In this document: piece by piece, positions 1 to 12,144 of the stretch
Layout of the letters: each line of letters starts with the position of its first letter
Position numbering within the stretch: position 1 is the first letter of the stretch
Source of the DNA: Sarea resinae
Lineage: Eukaryota
Assembly: GCA_026026165.1 (NCBI GenBank)
Contig: JAPEUD010000102.1
Location: 1 to 64,000, forward strand
DNA: 64,000 bases
Direction of reading: 5' to 3'
Position numbers and translations under genes: made by a program
The notes under the pieces: generated by a model
The model's database searches: none
What the model was told of the DNA's origin: nothing
The model's input: the letters and a program-made list of their open reading frames with translations, nothing else

Positions 1-1300
1 GTCTCCTCGCTTTCTAGTCCGTAGATATGTGCTCTATCCAGGATTCGATCAAAGTAGAAGTCTTCCTGGAACGTCTGGCATGCTGATCCGGCTTCACCAG
101 GGATATCATGGCAGACAGTGGCTTGACTAAGTGTGTATGTCGGGCAGACCGGTGCGTAGGCCTAGAATCAGACCATGTCCTTTAGAAACAGTTCAAAGAA
201 GTAGAATTGCCGCCAAATCTTGTTATTAGGGGCTTGACTTTAGAGCCTTGCCGTTGTACTAGGGCTAAACAGATCTGAGGTGGTGTTGTGACCAAGCTTT
301 CGAAAACCCGCAGAATATCTAAGGTAGGATACGAAGTATCAGTCACTGTACTTCGTACAAAGTAAATTGTACAGAGGTTGTGAGATTTAGATAGGCACCC
401 TGCCCGCTCAATATTAGTAATCAAAATAAAACCCTTTTCATTGGGCTAGTCTAGCAACAGCTACGGTGGAAGAAAATTCTAGTCCTCTAGAAAGTAGCTC
501 TTTAATATCTTAAATGTTTACATTAACTGTTGAAGAGTATTAAGCTATTACGTGTTATGTGGTCGATTTCAAAAAATGCACAAATATACCTGACGTAGGT
601 AGAAGGAGAAATATAAAATCATAACAAGGGGCATTAGCTGGAGGTCGTGGGGGAGGCGCTTGGAGGCGCTTACCTTAGCCATGACGAGACGTAGAAGTGC
701 AACGCAGCCCTGGAGTATGAAAGAGTCTGCTTAAGGTATGTAGTACACGCTCGCGCATAGCAACGGATTTACTTCATACTTTGTCTGGCACCTGGCGCTC
801 TTTCTGCTTCTGACTTTGGTTTTCACGACTTCCCTTATACTCTGGTGATCTTCAGCGGTGTTATCTACTCCTGATCAGTTATTTGCCATTTCGCTCTCTA
901 CCACAGCTTTTCCTGTCGCGCTGTTCTAGTCAAGGCGTCTCTTGAAACAAACAAGATCTGTTTCGTCTGACGTTTAACTTACCCTTTCCTTGTTTATGTA
1001 TTTTCCATACCCTACAGATACCATACATGATTTATTGGAGCCTCCTTTGACGATTTAGCTCTGTCCATTACTTTACTGAAGATCTTTTGTCCTTGCCGTA
1101 GGCGCATCTACCTGTATAGTCCGATGCTTTTCCTATGTGCTGTTATACTCTAGGCTATCTTTCCTATCTTGATGCTTTCCTTATCAAAAATTTCTGCTCA
1201 TTTACAGTGCATCTCGATTAATTATCTACAATTCGTTCTCTCGTATGACTGCCTTGCTGAAAATTTATAGGAGCAGGCTTGACGCCTCCCGGTATCAGAA
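1..1300. other. Degenerate, TpA-rich sequence; probable RIP-mutated repeat or gene relic
   Basis: No credible ORF; frequent TAG/CTA/TA motifs and stops; no recognisable domain. Confidence 0.3.
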
Positions 1301-1767
1301 AAGCGATGATGTTACAAGTCCGCTCTTGCTTTACCCTATATGCCTACCCGTTTCAGGATTTGCGAAACTAACATACAAAGACTGCCTCTGACATAACCCG
1401 CTTGCCAGCGTGAGGTAGGTAAGGTTTCGCGATTTCGAAAGAGGTAGGGAAAAGGCATACCTAGTTAAAAGCCGCTAAAAGATTGTGGAGTAAGACAGAA
1501 CAGAAGGAGCGATAACTAGATTGAGACTCGCGATATGAATCACAGCACCTAATGCAGACGCGACAGGATAACGTTTCGCTTGAGGGTGATTGTAAGGACT
1601 ATAAGTATGGGCTCTGGCCGTAGCTTTGTTGTTTTCCTTTCCTTTTTCTAAGCAAAGATCAAAATGTACAGTAAGTGATCAACCTCTGTTCTGATACCAG
1701 CTTCGAACTGGCAACGCTTTGACAAAAGCATGTTTTGCTAACGCATCATGATGCTTTGAAGTCCTAA

Positions 1768-2419
1768 ATGGGATTCTATATGTTGGTGCCCCCCCTCCTT
1801 CGCCTTCCTCGCCCGCGCCGCCTGCGCCCCAAGCTCTGCTGGCAATACCCGCCCAGCCCGTCCCTCCTATCCTCGCGCTCCCATGCGTCCCCGCGCTTCC
1901 TCTCGGCCTTGTGCCCCCCCCAACACCACCACCAGTGCGTAAGTACATACCTTGCAGTCTACATCTTCTGGATGACATTACTAATCTCAGGCTTAAGCTG
2001 TTGCTGCCGCCACTGCTACTAGCACTGCTACTGCTAACAACCCCGCCGCCACCACCACCATCACCAACCCCACCAACACCACCACCACCACCACTAGCCC
2101 CGCCAATACCACCCTCAACAACCCCTGCCAAGCCTTGCGTAAGTCTCTAAAGCCTACATCCTCGGAGCTATATACTAACATTATCCTCTCAAATAGCGCC
2201 ACAACCCGACCGCACGAGTATGTCACAACCCCCTACCTTATACTTTTATCATCACTGACATTCTTTTCGTTAGGTGGCCGGTTGTGCTACCGCTGTCGTC
2301 GGCGGGGCCATGAGTCCCGGGACTGCAGGTTCCGGGCTCGGCGGGGCCGAGGAGGCCAAGGGGTTCGAGGGGGCCGGGTGGGCCGAGAGGGCCGGGGAGA
2401 AGGGGGGGAGAGGAGGTAG
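1768..2419 (+). pseudogene. Intron-containing low-complexity ORF ending in a CCHC zinc knuckle and RG-rich tail; in-frame stop
   Basis: CYRCRRRGHESRDC (CX2CX4HX4C) at ~2284-2325. Three GT..CTRAY..AG intron-like segments (1939-1990, 2139-2196, 2218-2273) join in frame. TAA at 1994-1996 may be a CAA>TAA change. Confidence 0.4.
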
Positions 2420-2647
2420 AGGGGGAAGAGGGGAAGAGGGGGAGGGCAGATGTTGTTATCAATATTGGAGGGAGAGGGAGGAGGAGAATTATTGTTATAG
2501 TGTTCGCTGACTACCATCAAGGCTCTCACATCAGCATATATTAATCAACATTCTTTCCTCACATCCATCTCACTCTTCAAGGTTTCCTCAATCCGTTGGT
2601 TCTCTTCTCTCCTCTCGTGACAACAGGTCTGTCGAAAACCGAGCACT

Positions 2648-2650
<3 letters not shown>

Positions 2651-2692
<42 letters not shown>
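2651..2692. repeat. (GA)n microsatellite, ~21 units
   Basis: Read directly from the sequence. Confidence 0.95.
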
Positions 2693-2695
<3 letters not shown>

Positions 2696-3705
2696 CGACT
2701 TTGGTTGTCTCCGCACCAAATACAAAAGACAGGGGAATATATGGTTGCAAGCAGCAAGCGACGCGCTAGGCGACTGCCGCGTCTTCTAATATCCAAGTCT
2801 GATTTCCAGTGCCCGGGTGTTTATTGTTGTTCCTAGAGAGCTGGAAGGTCATTCGATCTACGCAAGTAATGTCGATTAAAGAATCTAGGCAAGGTGGGCA
2901 GTAAGATCTTTAATAAGAGATTCGAGATCTCTAGTCTTCACAGTCTATGGATAAGGTGACTTTCTTTACACAGTAGAAGACAAGGCACACCGCGCACGTG
3001 TTGTGCAGAAAGCAGGCGTGGAAAAAAATCAAAGGGGTATCGTCTAAGAAGGGATGCTACAAATACAACAGAAAGGAGAGAAGATGATGACATGACGAGA
3101 ACGTGATAGAAGGGCTGGGGAAGTTGCAATGCCAAAATGCTCAATGAAAAAAGCGCGGAAATGGACTGAATCCGAATATGTCGAGTCTCCGGCGATGCTG
3201 CTAACCTGACTCATGCGTGCCGAGATGCCGAAAATGCTAGAGTGCGAAATGCCAGATTGCTAAAAGGCGGAGACGTAGGGGCGTGGAAAGAATATTGCTG
3301 ATGTTGATTCTCTGGAAACATCTTAAAGCGAATTGCCAGCCTCGCATTGCATCCCTGAACGTAGAATATTCTTGGGATGATTGATACCTGGAGCAGTGCA
3401 GCGGCTCGGACCAATCAATTGCCTTGCCCTCGTCCGTTGCGGGCTGATGTTTTGGTGGCTAGAAGATTCGAAGGGGTGATCAGCTCACGGCCACGGTGTA
3501 AGGATTACGCTGCAATTATTCGATGGTCGAGGGTGCCAGGTGACCAACGTATTCAGGTCCTTCCCTTCTTAGTAAGGTAGCCACCTACTCGCGATCCAGC
3601 TCCTCGCAACCCAGCCCATAGTCTTTGCACCCTGAGCCAAGGATGTCTATTTCCTCTGCGCGGCCTTGTTGGGTCTCCATACTCCATAGGAAGCGGATTT
3701 GCTCG

Positions 3706-6157
3706 TCAAGGTCCAGCAACCTGAATAGGGGCCCCGTATTCACCCTCAGGGAACCGCTCCATGGCCTCAACGTCATCCTGGCCCAGTCGAGCGATACCGA
3801 GATGATGAACCGCGTTTCCTTCTTTTCTTTCTTCTGTATGAACACCATAGACGAGGCGCCCGGACTCCCGTCGCATAATTTCCGAGGCGGGAATCAGGCT
3901 GCTTGCTTGTTCGGAGACGGTTCGGGATGTGACATATGCTTGTTTGCTCGGTAAGAATGATGGAGGGAGGAGAAGACGAAGGAAAGGGAACAAGATGAGG
4001 ACAGGAGTGACCTACGAGCTAATAACCGCGCCATAGTCACAGGACTTTTATCCACAATTACGACATTACTCGCAATCAGCGTGAGCACTAGTGTAAGCAC
4101 GATATGGCAGCCCCCAGTAATGGCCAACACGAGTATCGTATGGGGCCAATCGACCTCCAGACGCACGCCCTTCTGGTATGCAGTGGCGGGAATCTGCTGG
4201 TTGCTCTGGTCAAGGTTGACGATAATTGCTTGAGCAAACTGAGCAACTAAGCTTTCAATACCGGTGGTATCTTCGATATCTGCGGTACCTCGGACATCTG
4301 CGGTATCGTTGTTGCCATAGATTGCAAAGGGATCAGCCCAAAGATCGCTGTATGAATTAGCCTTGAGCTTAAATATGGCACGCAAGCCACGACTAGAGTG
4401 AAATGGTGTTTGAGGAGTTCACTAACGGCCAAGTTTGTTTCTGAAACTCGATTGGCCAACCACTGCCATCGAAGGCTATGCCAGCAGCTATAAGTTGAGC
4501 CATTTTAGCGGGAATGTTGAGTTTAGAATCGCTCCCCGCGTTGCTAACGTTCGAGATCGTAGTGTTGCATTCGAAAAAATGTGGTACACTGCCTATTCCT
4601 TCGCCACTTGACTGGAAGACGGAAATGTTTGAGCACCGACTGCCACAAGATCCCAAACTACCCTTAGAGTTTGAGAATATATAGGTGATAGTGCCATTGC
4701 CTGGAGGATTGGCGGTCCCGATATCCTTTTCGCGAGTCTCTTTGCGGTCGAAGATCGTTACCGTGCTTAGGTTGCCCGTGCCACCGGCCATGACTTTGTA
4801 GCTTGTGCACTCGGTACTTGCGTTAACGGTTCGATTGGACCGTTTGTAGTGGCCGCTCGAATAGCTCTGAGAGTAAAACTGGTAAGTGCAAACATTGCCG
4901 AGACACATGAATCCATCAGAGTAAGCTTCAACTGGCTGATTGAAATTGAGATCGATGAGAGATGCGCCGTACTGATTTGCAATCGCATGGGATAATCTGG
5001 AGGACGAAATATTCCTCGATGAGGTGCTACTGTTTGATGGACTGTTGAAATCCTTTAAGGCATTGAAGATATCTGTTGACATGCTGCTCCGGTACGATTT
5101 GGTGCTATTCGATGAGGGGTTCACGGGTTGCCACCAGTGTCCAGGTTTGAATTGGCTCAGATCAGCCACAAGATTGATTCCGTGGGGCATCTGAATTGAA
5201 TTCAATTGATATGTTAATCCGAGCATGGCTAAACCGACTTGCGCTGCCTGTAAAGGGTTAGATTTCAATACTTGATGATAAGCGCTTGCGGAGGTATACT
5301 ATATTCAGAATGACCTATGCAATTAGTCGCGGACGTTCTGGCAATCAGATATCAGACAGCCTACCCAGATGATGAATGCAAGGCGGAGTATAAGTGTTGT
5401 CTTCCTGCTGATGGCTAAGCTCAAGACCTCTCGTAACTGATCTAATTGTAAAATCTTATCGACCTACAGACGGTCAGAAAGCCTTTCCTCAGGATGGAGC
5501 GTTAGTATCTAACCTGTTCGAGATCGTAACCACGCCGCGACGACAATAGTTTCCACCTCAGAGCCGTCATTTGGCTCTTGAAGCCCGACTATACATGGGT
5601 TAGAGACTGTCGTACCTTGGATGAATGTTCATACCATAATATTCAACGAGAGAAGAATCGGCAAGCCCGTGATTAAGGCGTTGAAGAACAGTTTCTCGCC
5701 ACCTACGATAATGCTCTTCCTGCCGAACAGGTAAAGTGATAGGACTATAGCGGCTACCAGGATCCCGGTAATGACGGATTGGATCACCGTCGTCAGCAAG
5801 AGCCGGCTTCGCTGTTTCCTCATATCGAAATGTCGCGTAGTGTCCCAGTTACTCAGAGCAGCTGCTCCTGTCAGCGAGGCTTGAACCAAAGGCCAACAGA
5901 CTGTGCATAGGGGAAGACTCGCTCGTTTCGTGGAGTGCGCCATTGCTATCATTGCTATCATTGGCGTCCGCAGACCGGTCTTCAAGATCTTCACTCTCCT
6001 TAGGAACCCGGTCATCTTGGTCGCGACTCGGCGGGCGCTGCGCATCCACCAAAAAAACATCCTGGGAGCCAGGTGCAGTCTCATCATGCGGCCTGTCAGC
6101 CATGTCTGCTTCATCGAGCTCGAGAGCAGAGTATATGCCGGATCTGAAGTCGGCCAT
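3706..6157 (-). CDS. Uncharacterised multi-exon membrane protein (N-terminal TM helices, Cys/Ser/Thr-rich lumenal domain with N-x-S/T sites, C-terminal TM helix)
   Basis: Same-strand ORFs 5849-6274, 5629-6330, 4393-5268, 3894-4385 and 3706-3993 are linkable by introns. Hydrophobic stretches include VIQSVITGILVAAIVLSLYLF and TILVLAITGGCHIVLTLVLTLIA. Start could be 6274. Confidence 0.65.
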
Positions 6158-7569
6158 AGTGTCGAAAGGAGGGCTGAACCGCGAGCGCTCCTTCTGGGAA
6201 ATGCGTGGAATAAAAAGCACGACCCTTCTGCCGCCGTTGGGTCTCCTGGATGGCCTATGCCATGTGGAGGACATCTGGCTTCATGACGTTCGTTTTTCCA
6301 ATTTTGACAGGCGTGGGTTTTGGCCCCCAATTTGAGGCTGAGCTTTCGGGTCCCATTACCAGGTATGATGCATGATGCCGCCGATCCATGTCGCTAGCGA
6401 ATCCCCGCGAGCACCTGTTGCGCACCATGTCCACGATGCAAAGCCGGTAAGGCGTCCTACATGACGGGGGGCAATAGTGGCTATTCAGCTGCAAGCCAGT
6501 TGGATGACATGGCCGGAATAGAACCAGGAGTTGGGTTTGCTTCTGGACCTGATTGCTCCAAACCAAATCAGACAGCAGTCGACGACTGTCAATCGTTGGT
6601 GTTGTGGATGCCAAGATGCCCCGAATAGCTCTGGGTCGAGACAGGCGCGGATCGTCGAAGGCGCGTATTTCGTACTTGGTCCTGCGGTAAAGGCGGGAGT
6701 TCCCGACCCAAGTCAGGCGACTGAAAGACCCTTTGTCTCGTCTGCGCGCCCCTATCCACTCCGATTTTATATATCAGAATGGCAGCCGCGCCGCCCAGAT
6801 CGTCTTCGGAGCGCAATGCTGCGGCTCATGCTCGTGCTGATACTATCGACGCAGCTGGCTGCTCTTCAGGCCGAATCTTTAGCCGACTATCATTCCGTCA
6901 TTTTGCAGCGATTACTTGTTCCAGCTTTTGATGCATGCTTGATTGTCTGTTGGAACAAAGCCTTTCTGTGTTCCTGACATCGTGGGTAGGATGCTTGCTT
7001 TGTCTTTGTCCTTCCTAGAAGTCGGGAATGCTTTTGATGGCCATTGAATGATTCACCGAGAGGGAACATGGTGTGTTCTGTGATTGTTCTTCCATGAGAG
7101 GCGGGACGTCCTATGACGCTGCTTTTGTTAGAGTGGTCTAGTATCCAAACCTCTTTTTCTTTGACAAGGAGCAGACGAAACAGTGCTGCAGACAGAGCGA
7201 AATGGCTAAAGGAGCATGTAAACAGCCTGGTCTAGATCTCGTCCTTTGTTAGCGACAATGGAAGATCTTATTTTCCTCCCCAGCCAAAGACGAACAAAGT
7301 CTCGGGATTTTCATGTTCAGTCTGATAAAGCATCAATCGATGAATGCCATCATTAGACAACTCCACAGCTAGAGAACAATCCAAAGACATCACCACCTCT
7401 AATAAGGATTGAGAGGAAGCTTCCGCTGAACAGCACCGCCGCGTTGAGTCCGGCAAGAGAGTATATAAACCCAAGGATCATGCCTCAGAAATCGATTTTA
7501 AGGATCAGTTCTCTTCCCTCACAATACCAAACAATAAACACCATCTCGATCAGGAATCAACTCGTCAGA

Positions 7570-8274
7570 ATGTGCAACAAAACATCGGCATACTACCAGT
7601 CCTGCAAGCACACCGGTGAGAAATGGCTCGAGCCGTGCCAGGACTTTCCCAACTGCGACAATGTCTGCTACAAAGACACGGTCGTCAAGGGCTGGTGTGA
7701 GAAATGCTGCACTATCACCGTCGAGGAGGACCCCATCGAACCTACAGCTAACTATAAGTATAATAGGTATACAGGTGAGTATTGCACCTCCAACCCCGGT
7801 CAAAGCTATTCTGGACCTGGCAATCGCAGTCGCCCTGAGCCCCACACCCGTCCTGAGACTCGTTCCGGCCCCAAGCCCCGCAGCAGTCGTGAGACTCGTA
7901 GCCGCCAAGAAGGCCACAGCCGCCAGGAGGAACGCGCTCGTTACGAGGAACGCATTCGCTTCGAGGAACGCGCTCGCTATGAGGAACGCGCTCGTTACGA
8001 GGAACGTGCTTATTATGATCCTCGCAGCCGCAACGGCGGACGTACTTTCTACGACGGCCGTAGCCCTAGTGAGGAACGTGCTCGCGCCGAAGAACTTGCC
8101 CGCATCACAGAACAGGCCCGCCTGGACGAGCACGCTCGTATTAGAAATGACCGCGCTCGCTATGAGAATCTCAGCCGTCAGGAGGGCCGCAGTGACTTTG
8201 AAGACAGCCGCGGCGCCGCCGACTACGGTCGTGAGGACTATCGACGTCGTGCCGAGAGCCCTAGTCGCGACTAG
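7570..8274 (+). CDS. Small fungal protein: N-terminal Cys/His motif (MC..CKH..C..C..C..CEKC) plus charged EERARY repeats
   Basis: ATG at 7570, with TATAAA upstream at ~7463; open frame to 8274. Confidence 0.65.
   Translation: MCNKTSAYYQSCKHTGEKWLEPCQDFPNCDNVCYKDTVVKGWCEKCCTITVEEDPIEPTANYKYNRYTGEYCTSNPGQSYSGPGNRSRPEPHTRPETRSGPKPRSSRETRSRQEGHSRQEERARYEERIRFEERARYEERARYEERAYYDPRSRNGGRTFYDGRSPSEERARAEELARITEQARLDEHARIRNDRARYENLSRQEGRSDFEDSRGAADYGREDYRRRAESPSRD
7927..8013 (+). repeat. 18-bp coding tandem repeat (GAGGAACGCGCTCGTTAC-like, ~5 copies; EERARY)
   Basis: Read directly from the sequence. Confidence 0.85.
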
Positions 8275-8930
8275 AAGCTCTCAAAGCCGTCATGGTGCTC
8301 ATTGAACGGATGCTGCTTCTGCAGAAGCGGTCTGTTCTTGGCGATTACTGACATTCCGTAGGCACATGCTACTGTTAGAGTGAGCAAAGATGGCCACAGC
8401 TGGACTGGGTTGGGTAGGTTTCTTGAATGAATGTTTACATTTTGTTGTTCGAATGTATTGATTCATACAGCTTTCAAAGTGACGTGACATATGACAGTAA
8501 ATTGAGCTCCTTGATGACATCGATCTCTCCGACTGAGATTATCCTTGACCTTTACTGCTCAATGCATGGAAGCTGTCTGTTGGGGTGCGATCTTCGGCTG
8601 AGTTATCGACCTGCCACGTTTGGCAACGAGGGAAACGACGGAGAACGGAGCAGGAAACCGGGTCGGGGTCTCATCTCCTCCGGAGTAGGGGGTACTTCAT
8701 CTGTAGCAGTAATCGCCTAGGGGCATCATGTATCCTCACGCCCCAAGCGAGTCGTCCCTCTGCGCGCTTATGTCTTTCCGCCTTCGTGTCCAGATCCATC
8801 CAATCTACCTCACTTTTAGCTCTTTCATTTCTTGCACTTCCTTTCCACACGGCGCATATATTGGGCACTGGACCACGACGAATATCACGCTTCTCTACTA
8901 CCATCCAACACTTGCGACTTGTCCCTCACC

Positions 8931-9650
8931 ATGGCGCTCAATCCCCAAATGTAAGTTACTATCGCCAGAGCCTCTTGAGCTTACGTATCATCTGCCTAGA
9001 AGACCGACTAATCTCTGCCTCCAGCACCAACCTGGTCGTGATCCTGTTTCTCATGCAGGCATCGAAGAAGATCCCCTTCGACGACCCACTCGTCCTGAAT
9101 GGCGTCCGCGCCCTCTACGTTGTGTCTAATCTCATCATCGTGGCCGTATATCTGTATGTTGGACAGCAGATCAACAAGAAGAAAGGTGAGCAATGCGCGC
9201 CCACTAGCTTCCGAAGTCAATACTATTGCGTTGGAGCAATGATCACTGACAGATGGTCTAGATATGACCACGATGCGCTATGTTGAGCCTGCGCCGATGG
9301 GCTCGACTGAAGAGCCCAAGCTCATCATCACCACCCACCACGCCTACGACTTGCAACAACTCCGTGGGCTGTACAAATCCCAGCTCATGGGAGTAGGAAT
9401 GATGGCTGTGATGCACGTCTACTTCAAGTACACGAACCCGCTACTCATTCAATCCATCATCCCTCTGAAGGGCGCCTTCGAGGGGAATCTGGTCAAGATC
9501 CATCTGCTGGGCCAACCCGCTGTTGGAGACCTCAAGCGGCCATGGAAGGCGACCGGTGGCATGCCTGGCTTCGGGGGCGAGCCAAAGGCGGATAAGAAGA
9601 GCATCGAGAGTGCCGAGAAGAGCTTCAGGGGTGGGGCCAAGGAGGAGTGA
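8931..9650 (+). CDS. PHO88: Pho88/Snd3 ER membrane protein (3 exons)
   Basis: MALNPQ..TNLVVILFLMQASKKIPFDDP..YVEPAPMGS..YDLQQLR..MHVYFKYTNPLLIQSIIPLK..LKRPW; two GT-AG introns. Confidence 0.92.
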
Positions 9651-10163
9651 TGGGAACGGACACTGGGGGGCCTCGACGCTTTTACCGTTGCAAACATTTC
9701 ATCATTGATGCTTCAAACTCCGCGTCAATTGTGGGACGGGGGCTATTGCTTCCGCTGACGGAACAAATCTACGCTTGGTATATAGCGTTTCCTTACAGTA
9801 GACAATAATATATTCAATTCTAGAACAATGATGTCAGCCCTTCCAAGATGATATCTTCTCAACTTGTTGTTTCTTTTACTCTGGTGAACCTGACACATTT
9901 CCTTACCATGGTCTGCGGCTGCAGTCCTTTGTCCAAAAAGGGTTACTCTCATACTGTAGACTCCTGTGGGATGCTGCACCACGATGGTGATCGCCTCGGC
10001 TAATTCCGTCTCACTGCGTCACCAAAGATCTGTGGATCTTGCGCTTCAGAGCATCTACGATTATATTGCCACCCGAGAGGCTTGATTGAACTGCGAGTGG
10101 CCTCTTGATCAAGGGAATACTTCAACATTCCTCGAGCCTGACAAGAAATCCACCTGTTTCAAA

Positions 10164-11427
10164 ATGAGCGCTGATAGACGTGCAACGCCTCCCGCGGTGG
10201 GTGGAGCGGGTGGCCCTACTCGACCACCACTTACGCCAGAACAGGTCAAAAGAATCGTGAGTACCTATGATCGTTTCTAGCGGAATTTGGAAATGCTCAC
10301 ATGCCCAGGAAATCAACCGTCTCAAAGCAAAGGCACTGCGCGATCAGCGAGAAGCGGAAGCGCGCAAAGCCGGACAGCCATCTTCCATACAGCGTACGCC
10401 GAGCGGGTTTGTAGCCGGCCAGAAGAGGCCGTATGCCTCGATGGCAAGATCCAGCGTTCCATCTACGTTGAGAGATGCAGCCGCTCAGGAGGGAGGGGCT
10501 TCTAAAGGTGCAGCTGGGTCGGCGGGGTGGCAAGCGCGTCATGACGGCATTCAGCCGGCGCAGAAGTTCACCAAGTTCGTCGAATACGATTTCAGCAAGA
10601 TGACAGATACAAAGGGCGGCTTCTTGAGTGCCGAGGACGACCCGCATAACAGAGCCTTTCACTCGCTGGACGCGGACGGGAAACCGGCTCATATGACCTT
10701 GAGGGAGTGGGAGAGACATCAACTATTAAAATCACTACGAGACCAGAAGGCAGGACCTTTTGAGCCAGGTTTGAGTGTGCTGAAGAGGGAGGAGAACAAG
10801 ACGTGCACGGAATGCGGGAGTTTAGAGATTGATTGGAAGTGGGAAGAGTGTTTTGGATGCCAAGTCTGTAATGCATGCAAAGAGAAGCTGCCGGAAAAAT
10901 ACAGCCTGCTCACAAAGACGGAGGCAAGGGAGGATTATCTCCTTACGGATCGTGAGTTTCCGAGTCTCAAGTGTCTTGAAAGCCGATACCTAACAGTGAT
11001 CGTCATAGCCGAACTTCGCGATGCCGAACTGTTACCGCATCTGGAACGACCAAATCCCCACAAAGCCACCTGGAACAACATGATGCTCTACCTCCGATAT
11101 CAGGTCGAAGAGTATGCATTTTCTGACAAGAAATGGGGTTCACCGGAGGCACTGGATGCTGAGTTCACGAAGAGAGAGTCGGAGAAGAAGAAGAGGAAAG
11201 AGGACAAATTCCGGAGCAAGTTAAAGGAGTTGAAAAAGAAGACGCGAGTGGAGGCTTACCGGAGGAGTCGAAAGGCCGGAGCTGGTGGAGGGGAATTTGG
11301 GGATGACATAGCCAGTGGGGGAAAGCATCGCCATGAATGGGGCAGGACATTGGAGAACCCGGAGACGGGGGTGGGGGTAAAGTCTTGCATCGAGTGCGGC
11401 ATGGAAGTAGAGGAATTGGAGTTCTAG
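10164..11427 (+). CDS. RAD14: Nucleotide excision repair protein Rad14 (XPA homologue)
   Basis: LTPEQ..INRLKAKA, FVEYDFSKMTDTKGGFL, C4 finger CTEC..CNAC, YSLLTKTEAREDYLLTD, NPHKATWNNMMLYLRYQVEEYA, KKWGSPEALD; two introns. Confidence 0.95.
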
Positions 11428-12144
11428 AGCGAAGCATTGATCCGGCTTAGTAGACATATTTATGAAGCATCATGGATATCGCCTTCACAACGAAATGGAT
11501 GGCGATGCCCAAAAGTGCGTCACATGTTGCACGCGCTGGCCGTATGCAGCGCGCGTATTGATCCATGGATGGCCATGGCCGTGGATGGCAAAGGTGGACA
11601 ATGGACGCAGTAAGCGAGCGTGTACGGGTGTAGAGTAGCTGGCGGCTTGGAAGTTTAAGCTGCGAGCAGACGGGAGCACGAGAGCGACAGAGAACAATAA
11701 AGAAAGACAGGAGGTGCGAAGCAAGACCTTCCATCTCGTCGTACAGGGGAAGCGACAGCCCTCGTCATTGCCATCTCCAGCCATCATCGACAGGAGCCCC
11801 ATCAGCCTCCTCCCTCCCCGTCCTCACCATCACCCTCACCCTCGTTCTCCTAACGGAAGCGTCCGCCGATGAGCCCGTCCTACCAAGCTCGCTGCTACAG
11901 GACCAACTTCCTCCTCTCCATCAATCCCTCTCCTTCAGCATCGGGACTCGTCTAGACCTCTCCCTCGTTGCTCTTGATCGCATGCGATTCCGAGGCTTTT
12001 GGCGTCCCCAATCGCAGCGTATCTCTACCGTCAAAAAAGATACCTCCCGGACAGCTCTACTCGACGAGTAAGGGTCCAGTGGCGATCGACTAAGCACGCC
12101 AACCAGAAGTGTCGGGGACGTGGGCTTGGGGGTTGAATGTGCCG

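Noticed and set aside
1310..1724. Possible LTR (TGT..ACA) with an internal imperfect inverted repeat
   Set aside because: No second copy, PBS or pol in the window; not supportable as a feature.
7519..8305. Overlapping alternate-frame and antisense ORFs here and across the GC-rich genes
   Set aside because: Shadow ORFs caused by the codon bias of the real genes.
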